This document shows, piece after piece, positions 25,421-32,000 of a DNA stretch of 32,000 bases (its first letter is position 1; every line of letters begins with the position of its first letter). The translations under genes were made by a program, and so were the position numbers. The stretch is from Patescibacteria group bacterium (GTDB taxonomy: Bacteria; Patescibacteriota; Patescibacteriia; UBA2591; UBA6264): NCBI GenBank assembly GCA_028713575.1, contig JAQTOB010000002.1:68812-100811 (forward strand). The letters run 5' to 3'. Under the pieces are notes generated by a model. It had not been told where the DNA came from. It saw only the letters and a program-made list of their open reading frames with translations, and ran no database searches.

Positions 25421-25978
25421 ATGTCTATTTATTTATGGATTATCATTATCGCTTTGGTTCTTTTAATTCTTTGGTTGGTCGGTGTTTATAACAATTTAAT
25501 CCGTTGGCGAAATCGCGTCAAAGAATCTTGGTCGGATATTGATGTTCAATTAAAACGTCGCTATAACCTTATCCCGAATTTAGTTAATGCGGTTAAGGGC
25601 TATGCGGCTCATGAAAAAGAAGTTTTTACCAATGTTACTGAGGCCCGGACAAAAGCAATGGGAGCAACGACGCCTGAAAGAAAATCTGACGCGGAAAAGG
25701 GATTAAATGGCGCATTAAAAACATTATTTGCAGTAGCGGAAAATTACCCCCAACTTCGCGCTTCAGAAAATTTTCAAAAACTTCAAGATGAATTAACCGA
25801 TACGGAAAACAAAATTCAAGCGGCAAGAAGATTTTATAACGGAAATGTTCGAGATTTTAACACTAAACAAGAAATTTTCCCCGCCAATTTGATTGTTTCG
25901 GCTTTAGGTTTTAAAAAAGCCGAATTTTTTGAATTAGAAGAAAAAGAAGCGAAAAATGTACCTACATTAAATTTCTAA
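25421..25978 (+). CDS. lemA: LemA family membrane protein
   Basis: An N-terminal TM segment is followed by YNNLIRWRNRVKESWSDIDVQLKRRYNLIPNLVN.VKGYAAHEKEVF..VTEAR and ENYPQLRASENF..LQDEL. Confidence 0.9.
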   Translation: MSIYLWIIIIALVLLILWLVGVYNNLIRWRNRVKESWSDIDVQLKRRYNLIPNLVNAVKGYAAHEKEVFTNVTEARTKAMGATTPERKSDAEKGLNGALKTLFAVAENYPQLRASENFQKLQDELTDTENKIQAARRFYNGNVRDFNTKQEIFPANLIVSALGFKKAEFFELEEKEAKNVPTLNF

Positions 25979-25997
25979 AAATCTTAATTAAAAATAT

Positions 25998-26996
25998 ATG
26001 AATAAAAAATTAATTAAAACAATTATCATATTGTTAATAATTATCGTTGTAATATATATATTTTTTTCAATAAAATCAAAAAGGGAAGAAATTTATCATG
26101 TGGGCATTTTATCAGGACTGGATTATGTTGCTGAAATGTCAGATGGTTTTAAATCCAAAATGGCAGAATTGGGCTATTTTGAGGGGGAAAATATTGTTTA
26201 TGATTTACAAAAAACAAACTTTGACATAACCGCTTACCAAAATATTCTTAAAAAATTTATAAAGAACAAAGTTGATTTAATTTTTGTTTTTCCAACCGAG
26301 GCCTCTTTGGAGGCAAAGACCGCCACTCAAGAAACCAATATCCCTGTTCTTTTTAGTTTTGCCAACATAGAAGACGTTGATTTGATAGAAAATATTCGTC
26401 ATCCGGGAGGAAATATCACCGGAGTTCGTTATCCCGGACCTGACCTTGCTGTCAAACGTTTTGAGGTTATGAAAGAGCTGGTTCCTCGGGCTAAACAAAT
26501 ATTAATCCCTTATCAACGGGATTATCCGATTGTTGCCAGTCAATTAAAAGTTTTGTCCCCGGTGGCTGAAGCCGCAAATATAACTTTAATTGAATTGCCG
26601 GCTGATAATGCCATTGAATTGCAAAATTTATTAGAAAAATATATCTCCTCTGGCATTGACTTTGACGCTATTATGGCTTTGGCCGAACCCCTTTTTGTTA
26701 CTCCTGACGCTTTTACAGTGATTGCCAAATTTGCGTATAAATATAAAATTCCTTTTGGTGGCGCCTATATGATGATAGATAATTACGGATCAATTTTTGG
26801 AGTAAATATTAATATTTTTGAAACCGGAGAACAGGCCGCAATTTTAGCTGACAAAATTCTTAAAGGCACGCCAGCCGGGACCATTCCTGTAATTTCTTCT
26901 GAAAGTTTTTTCCAAATTAATTACAATGTGGCGCAAGAATTAGATGTTATTGTTCCCGAAGGATTATTAAACACGGCAGATGAAATAATTCATTAA
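25998..26996 (+). CDS. Membrane-anchored ABC-type substrate-binding protein (ABC_sub_bind family) with no adjacent permease or ATPase
   Basis: HVGILSGLDYV...GFKSKMAELGYFEGENIVYDLQ...VDLIFVFPTEASLEAKTAT..IPVLFSFA...HPGGNITGV follows the family pattern. Its stop lies 1 nt before the kinase ATG. Confidence 0.8.
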   Translation: MNKKLIKTIIILLIIIVVIYIFFSIKSKREEIYHVGILSGLDYVAEMSDGFKSKMAELGYFEGENIVYDLQKTNFDITAYQNILKKFIKNKVDLIFVFPTEASLEAKTATQETNIPVLFSFANIEDVDLIENIRHPGGNITGVRYPGPDLAVKRFEVMKELVPRAKQILIPYQRDYPIVASQLKVLSPVAEAANITLIELPADNAIELQNLLEKYISSGIDFDAIMALAEPLFVTPDAFTVIAKFAYKYKIPFGGAYMMIDNYGSIFGVNINIFETGEQAAILADKILKGTPAGTIPVISSESFFQINYNVAQELDVIVPEGLLNTADEIIH

Positions 26997-26997
26997 A

Positions 26998-29241
26998 ATG
27001 TCTTCTGTTAAAACAAAAAAATTTAGAAGTTTGCTTGTTACTTTAACCATTGTTTTTTTGTTATTAGGCCTTATAATTTTTTTGGTTTCTACGGGGTTTG
27101 AAATATACTTTAATATAGAGTCCCAGGGAAGGATGGTAAATGACCAGCAACATCTTATTGCACAAAATGCGGCCGATGCCGTCAAGAATTTTATTGAAAA
27201 CAAATTCAATTTATTAGAAACTACTGTTAAAATAGGAAATCTGTCAGTTATTGAAAAAGAAGAATATAAATTAATTTTAACAAAATTAATAGGATTTGAA
27301 TCTTCTTTCCGGCAATTAGCTCTTTTGGACGCACAAGGAAAAGAGCTGAGCACGGTCTCTCGCCTCTCCTCTCAATTAACCCCTGTTATTGACGAATTCA
27401 AAAAACAGATTGGAGAGGACCTTTTTGTTCAAATAGATAAGGGAGAAAAATATATTAGCCAAGTATATATTGACCCGACAACCGGCGAACCGATGATAAT
27501 AATGGCAACGCCGGTTAAAAATGTTTTAGGCGATTTAAAAGGAACATTAATCGCAGAGTTAAATTTAAAATTCATCTGGGATTTGATGGATGAAATTAAA
27601 ATTGGCAAAAACGGCTTAGCTTATGTGGTTGACAAACAAGGCGATTTAATCGCCTTTAAAGACATTTCTCGCGTTTTACAAAATGAAAACCTCGCTCACT
27701 TAAAAGAAGTAAATGAATTTATAAAAAAAGAAAATTCTTTAAATCAAGATGAAGCGGAAATTTTAAGAGGTATTGACGGCAATTTAGCAGTTACTAACCA
27801 TATTGGTCTTAATTTTCCCGATTGGGCAATAATTGTTGAACTGCCTGTTTCTGAGGCATATAGCAACACTATCAGGACAATAAAATTATCAGGATTACTC
27901 ACAATTTTAGGCATTATTTTAATTACCATAATCAGCATTTCTCTTTCAAAAAAAATTACAGACCCAATAATAAAATTAAAAAATGCGGCCAATGAGATTA
28001 GTGGGGGCAATTTAAAAATGAAAATAAACATTGAGTCCAATAATGAAATCGGTGAATTGGCTAAAAATTTTAATCAAATGACCGCAGAATTATATTCTTA
28101 CACGCAAAATCTTGAAAAAAAAGTGGCGGAAAAGACTTTTGAATTAAAAAAAGAAAAAGAAAATGTTGAACGAAAAGTTGAGGAACGAACACGCGAACTT
28201 AAGGAAGAACAAGCAAGATTTTTAGCTTCCGTTTACAGCCTATCTCTGGGATTTGTTCTTTTTAACAAACAACACCAAATCATGTTGAAAAATGACGCCG
28301 CAAAAAATATTCTTAAATTATACGGCGACGACCTTAATGTAGAAATAATTACTAAAACTTTAGAAAATAAAGTTAATATTAAGAAAAGGGCTGAAGAATG
28401 CATGGAAAAAGGGAAAACCATTGAATTAAGCGAAGTGGAGCATGGCGAGTTTTTCATTCATTTATTATTTGTTCCCATTGTTATGATTAAGGATTCCAAT
28501 GAAGTAATTGGCTATGTGCTTTTAATAGAAGATGTAACGCGGGAAAGAAAAATAGACCGAGCAAAAAGTGAATTTGTTTCTCTTGCTTCTCATCAATTAA
28601 GAACGCCATTGGCGGGCATTAAATGGTTCATTGAACTCTTAATGAAAGGCAAGGGAGGGAAAATGGATAAAAAGGCTTTGGATTATTTACAACAAATATA
28701 TATTAGCAATGAAAGAATGATTAAATTGGTTCGTGACTTATTGGATATTTCTCGCATTGAAACCGGTAAAAAATTTGAAATAAACAAGCAAAAAATCAAA
28801 ATTAAAGATATTTTGGAATCGTCATTAAAAGAAACTTTTTCTTTAGCTAAAAAAAGAAAAATAAAAATTATAAAAAATGATTTAGGCGACAATTTTGAAT
28901 TATGGGTTGACCCCGATAAATTAAAACAAGTTTTAGATAATTTAATTACTAATGCCATTAAATATAATAAAGAAAACGGAAATATAGAAATTAATTGCCA
29001 AAAAGAAAAAGATAAGATAATATTTTCAATAAAAGATAATGGTGTTGGCATTCCCAAAAATCAACAAAAAAGAATTTTTGAAAAATTTTTTCGTGCAGAT
29101 AATGCTATTTTTAAAGAAACCGACGGCAATGGTCTCGGTCTTTATATTGCCAAAGCCATTGTTGAGGCTCATGGCGGGAAAATTTGGTTTAAATCAAAAG
29201 AAAATAAAGGCGCAACTTTTTATTTCTCTTTAGCAATATAA
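26998..29241 (+). CDS. Sensor histidine kinase (dCache-like, HAMP, PAS, HisKA, HATPase_c); paralog of the 4131-6467 kinase
   Basis: The external domain contains GLAYVVDKQGDLIAF. HAMP segment ITDPIIKLKNAANEISGGNL..NNEIGELAKNFNQM, H-box FVSLASHQLRTPL, N-box NLITNAIKYN, and G-boxes DNGVGIP and GNGLGLYIAK. Confidence 0.9.
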   Translation: MSSVKTKKFRSLLVTLTIVFLLLGLIIFLVSTGFEIYFNIESQGRMVNDQQHLIAQNAADAVKNFIENKFNLLETTVKIGNLSVIEKEEYKLILTKLIGFESSFRQLALLDAQGKELSTVSRLSSQLTPVIDEFKKQIGEDLFVQIDKGEKYISQVYIDPTTGEPMIIMATPVKNVLGDLKGTLIAELNLKFIWDLMDEIKIGKNGLAYVVDKQGDLIAFKDISRVLQNENLAHLKEVNEFIKKENSLNQDEAEILRGIDGNLAVTNHIGLNFPDWAIIVELPVSEAYSNTIRTIKLSGLLTILGIILITIISISLSKKITDPIIKLKNAANEISGGNLKMKINIESNNEIGELAKNFNQMTAELYSYTQNLEKKVAEKTFELKKEKENVERKVEERTRELKEEQARFLASVYSLSLGFVLFNKQHQIMLKNDAAKNILKLYGDDLNVEIITKTLENKVNIKKRAEECMEKGKTIELSEVEHGEFFIHLLFVPIVMIKDSNEVIGYVLLIEDVTRERKIDRAKSEFVSLASHQLRTPLAGIKWFIELLMKGKGGKMDKKALDYLQQIYISNERMIKLVRDLLDISRIETGKKFEINKQKIKIKDILESSLKETFSLAKKRKIKIIKNDLGDNFELWVDPDKLKQVLDNLITNAIKYNKENGNIEINCQKEKDKIIFSIKDNGVGIPKNQQKRIFEKFFRADNAIFKETDGNGLGLYIAKAIVEAHGGKIWFKSKENKGATFYFSLAI

Positions 29242-29289
29242 AAGACAAAAAAAACGACGCCCCATAATATTAAGTTTAATTATTAATTT

Positions 29290-29661
29290 ATGTCTAAAGA
29301 AAAGAAAAAAATTTTAATTATTGAGGACGACAAAATATTATCAAACGCAATTTCCATCGCTTTAATTGATGCCGGGTTTGAAGTGATTGCCGCTTTTAAC
29401 GGTGAAGAAGGATTAGAAAAAGTAAAGCAAGAAAATCCAAATTTAATTCTTTTGGATTTAATAATGCCCAAAAAATCAGGGGAAGATGTTTTAAAACAAA
29501 TTCGCAAAGAAAATGAAGTCCCTATTTTAATCTCCACGGCAAAAGAAGACCCGGAAACAGTCGCCCGATGTTTGGAAAACGGCGCCACTGGTTATTTTGT
29601 TAAGTCGGCCTGCACCCTGGATGATATTATCAGAAAAATAAAAGAATCTTTTGAACAATAA
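29290..29661 (+). CDS. Stand-alone response-regulator receiver
   Basis: KKILIIEDD, LILLDLIMPKKSG, ILISTA and YFVKS. At 123 aa it has no output domain. Confidence 0.9.
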   Translation: MSKEKKKILIIEDDKILSNAISIALIDAGFEVIAAFNGEEGLEKVKQENPNLILLDLIMPKKSGEDVLKQIRKENEVPILISTAKEDPETVARCLENGATGYFVKSACTLDDIIRKIKESFEQ

Positions 29662-29711
29662 ATATTTTTGTTAAATTAAATAACTAATATTAAAATTATT
29701 TTATTTTAATT

Positions 29712-30098
29712 ATGTTTAGAGAAAAGAAAAAAGTTTTAATCATTGAAGATGAAAAAATCCTGTTATATGCTCTTAAAGAACAATTGCAAAGAGAAAATTT
29801 TGAATTAATATTTGCCTCTGACGGAGAGGAGGGATTGAAGTCTGTTTTGGACAATAAACCCGATTTAGTGCTGTTGGATTTAGTAATGCCGAAAAAAAAC
29901 GGCTTAGAAGTATTAAAAGAAATGAAAAAAAATAAAAATCCGGAAATTCAAAACATTCCGGTAATAATCCTTTCTAGTTTAGGACAAGAATCTGAAATTA
30001 GAGAAGGACTAAAAACAGGGGCGGAAGAATTTTTAGTGAAAACCGAATTCTCTATGCAAGAAATTACGGAAAAAGTCAAAAAATTATTAAACAAATAA
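29712..30098 (+). CDS. Stand-alone response-regulator receiver
   Basis: KKVLIIEDE, LVLLDLVMPKKNG, VIILSSL and FLVKT. At 128 aa it has no output domain. Confidence 0.9.
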   Translation: MFREKKKVLIIEDEKILLYALKEQLQRENFELIFASDGEEGLKSVLDNKPDLVLLDLVMPKKNGLEVLKEMKKNKNPEIQNIPVIILSSLGQESEIREGLKTGAEEFLVKTEFSMQEITEKVKKLLNK

Positions 30099-30107
30099 AT
30101 TATTTCA

Positions 30108-31373
30108 TTACTTAAATCCCCAATGTTCCAACGCTTCTTTTAATTCTAAATGGTCGCGAGCATAAATCTTTAAAGGAATTTTTTTTATAGTCGCCTCTAT
30201 GGCCTGTTTGGCGGCGCGGGCGCCAGCCAAACTTCCCCGTGGATGTCCGTGAATACCGCCACCAAAATTAATGATTAAATCATGTCCTAAAATTTTCATT
30301 AATTTATCAGTTAAACCGGGATGCAAACCGCCGGAGGCAATGGGTAAAACAGGCCTAAGCTTCCCCCAATTTTCTCTTAATTTATTAAATTCTCGCCAAT
30401 CTTCTTTCAATAATTCATTAATTTTAATGACTTCTTCTTCCTCTCCTTCCATTTTCCCCACCACGGTTCCGGTATGAAATTGGTCTACCCCGGCCAAGCG
30501 AGCTAAATTTGCCAAAACTAACATGGAAATGCCGTGTTTTTTATTTCGCGTAAAAGTTGAATGCCCAGCGCGATGACCATGAATGATTAGGCCTAAATCC
30601 GCATTTCTTAAAGATTGAACTCCGGCCCAACCGGCAGTAATAACATCTATCATCACACATTGCCCCCCTATTTTTTTAACAAAAGCCGATCTTTTTAGCA
30701 TTATTTCCGTTGGAGCCGTCACGTTAAAAACATAAATTTTCTTTTTGCCCGTCTGTTTTTCAACTTGTTTTTTAAGAAGTAAAACTTTTTTTACCCTGTC
30801 AGTAAATCTATTAAAAGATAAATCCGTCAGGTTTTCGTCATCTTTTATTACGTCAACTCCATTTTTAAAAATCTGGGCGGCCAATTCGGCATTTTGAGAC
30901 GAGGTTAAACCTAATTTCGGTTTTATAATACAACCAATTAAAGGCCGATTGTAAATGCCCGTTATTTTTCTAATGCCACTTATTCCCCATTTCGGCCCGG
31001 GATATTTATTGATGTATTTTTCAGGAAACTCTATGTCTTCTAATCTTAGATTTTTTACCGCCTTCATGCTGAAAATATTGCCGGCAATGCTGGAAAGAAG
31101 TTGTGGAATGCTTGCCGGTTCAAACAAGGCCAAAGGATAAGCGATTTTGAAAATGCCTGTTTTCACGTTGACATAAAAAATACGCGCGGCCAATCTTTTT
31201 AAAATATCTGATGATAATGTATTTATTTTCGTCCAGGTGCCAATAGAAGATTCTTCTGCTGTTTTAATGGCCAATTCCTTCAAGGATAATCTTGATTCTC
31301 CGTAAAAAGTGGCAACAATTTCATTCTGATAATTTGGCTTATAATTTAATTTTAAATAATCGTTTTTTGTCAT
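30108..31373 (-). CDS. rbcL: Ribulose-1,5-bisphosphate carboxylase/oxygenase large subunit, form III-type (or II/III)
   Basis: Catalytic motifs are intact: EESSIGTWT, GNIFS, IIKPKLGL, VIKDDEN (carbamylated Lys), IHGHRAGH, FHTGTVVGK, ASGG and FGGGIHGHP. At 421 aa with no small subunit gene, it looks like the archaeal/CPR type. Confidence 0.9.
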   Translation of the reverse strand: MTKNDYLKLNYKPNYQNEIVATFYGESRLSLKELAIKTAEESSIGTWTKINTLSSDILKRLAARIFYVNVKTGIFKIAYPLALFEPASIPQLLSSIAGNIFSMKAVKNLRLEDIEFPEKYINKYPGPKWGISGIRKITGIYNRPLIGCIIKPKLGLTSSQNAELAAQIFKNGVDVIKDDENLTDLSFNRFTDRVKKVLLLKKQVEKQTGKKKIYVFNVTAPTEIMLKRSAFVKKIGGQCVMIDVITAGWAGVQSLRNADLGLIIHGHRAGHSTFTRNKKHGISMLVLANLARLAGVDQFHTGTVVGKMEGEEEEVIKINELLKEDWREFNKLRENWGKLRPVLPIASGGLHPGLTDKLMKILGHDLIINFGGGIHGHPRGSLAGARAAKQAIEATIKKIPLKIYARDHLELKEALEHWGFK

Positions 31374-31416
31374 ACAAATTGTTAATATGATTATTTATAT
31401 TTTTAAATTACTCTGT

Positions 31417-31811
31417 TTATAATGCAACTGGTAGAAAATATCTTTTTTTCTTATCTAAAAATTCTTCTAATGTCCAGTAAGGTTGGGAATATTTTTCCGT
31501 TATTCCTTTTGTAATTTTAGTAATGACAATAATGTCCGGTCTGAGGTCTTCCCGTAAAGCAAGGCGTTCTCTTCTTGACCCAGATTTGTCCAAAAAACAT
31601 AATCCACGCCCTTGATTCCGTCAACCGCTTCTACTCTCTATCTTTGATTGTTGATCGGCCTCTTACTCCCCCTTTCCCTCTTGGTTAAATAATCTAATTA
31701 AATAAAAATAATAATTATGTCGGATAATTTTTTAAATTGTTTGATGGTATAAATATGCCCGGGATGAATAATATCAAAAACGCCCTTTTTTATTAAAATC
31801 TTTTTATTTCT
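31417..31811 (-). pseudogene. Cytidylyltransferase-fold (RibL/TagD-like nucleotidyltransferase) pseudogene with two in-frame stops and no canonical start
   Basis: A single minus-strand frame reads KKILIKKGVFDIIHPGHIYTIKQFKKLSDIIIIFI*LDYLTKRERGSKRPINNQR*RVEAVDGIKGVDYVFL...LRPDIIVITK.... It is colinear with G.FD..HPGH...L..AK.LGD.L.V.V.RD...K.K.R.PI..E..R...V.A...VD. The TAA is at 31698-31700 and the TAG at 31638-31640. Confidence 0.7.
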
Positions 31812-31824
31812 TTAGTGGAAATAA

Positions 31825-32000
31825 TCATAAAAAAGGGTAAATTTTTTTAAGGTGTTTTTTGATTTCCTGGGGTTTGATAATTCCCGCCTCGCAAATGATT
31901 CCCTTAATGAATTTTGCCGGAACAATATCAAAAGCGAAATTTATGATTTTTAAACCATTAGGGGCGTTAAGCCAAATCTCTTTTGGCGGACGTTTTTCAA
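31825..32000 (-). CDS. eIF-2B alpha/beta/delta-like isomerase (ribose-1,5-bisphosphate isomerase/MtnA family), C-terminal 57 aa; 5' part lies beyond the window
   Basis: The minus frame from 31998 reads [57 protein letters not shown]. The N.AFD..PA..I.GIIcE.G motif is the family's C-terminal signature. Confidence 0.7.
   Translation of the reverse strand, partial: EKRPPKEIWLNAPNGLKIINFAFDIVPAKFIKGIICEAGIIKPQEIKKHLKKIYPFL

Noticed and set aside
26967-27353. Long antisense or alternate-frame ORFs inside strongly supported genes. Examples: 661-972(-), 1003-1266(-), 2601-2960(-), 8889-9239(-), 10526-10768(+), 26967-27353(-), 27744-28040(-), 28683-29057(-), 29283-29588(-), 30271-30477(+).
   Set aside because: Each lies opposite or out of frame within a gene with clear family motifs. 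Their products are low-complexity Phe/Ile/Leu/Ser/Lys-rich sequence, as expected from the reverse complement of AT-rich coding DNA. None has independent promoter or family evidence.
31638-31700. Stop-codon reassignment (alternative genetic code) as the explanation for the in-frame TAA and TAG in the nucleotidyltransferase frame.
   Set aside because: TAA is the normal terminator of most genes in this window, and TGA also terminates rarA, ddl and gltX. No other conserved gene here needs readthrough. The frame also lacks a canonical start, which fits decay.

Overview
AT-rich (about one-third GC by eye), tightly packed bacterial window with many 1-4 nt gene junctions. It uses the standard code: TAA is the dominant stop and TGA also terminates rarA, ddl and gltX. 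The gene content suggests a Candidate Phyla Radiation/Patescibacteria-type genome: a form III-type RuBisCO beside a ribose-1,5-bisphosphate isomerase fragment, reduced housekeeping genes, pilus parts, several M23 peptidases and almost no Shine-Dalgarno motifs. This lineage call is inference. Plus strand, left to right: ychF (3' part), a GerMN/Gmad2 secreted protein, rarA, an AlkD-like repair protein, a 34-aa basic ORF, an acidic repeat lipoprotein, a Cache-HAMP-PAS histidine kinase with a receiver-only regulator, a PilM-TM-SH3 fusion with a pilin-like gene, truB, an M23 peptidase, a zinc-ribbon miniprotein, mgtE, ddl and ftsQ. A minus-strand block follows: thpR, a GT2 glycosyltransferase, gltX, a coiled-coil M23 peptidase and two small membrane proteins. 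The plus strand then resumes with an AmmeMemoRadiSam-type radical SAM enzyme, clpB, a secreted repeat protein, a LigB/Memo-like protein, lemA, an orphan solute-binding protein, a dCache histidine kinase and two receiver-only regulators. The window ends with a minus-strand RuBisCO, a cytidylyltransferase pseudogene and the isomerase fragment. The most unusual item is an unclassified ~190-nt tRNA-like structured RNA with its own terminator, just upstream of thpR. Also notable are apparent leaderless promoters, output-less two-component modules next to pilus genes, a palindrome in the clpB leader, and a colinear pseudogene inside the RuBisCO module. No CRISPR array, transposase or classical defence genes were seen.
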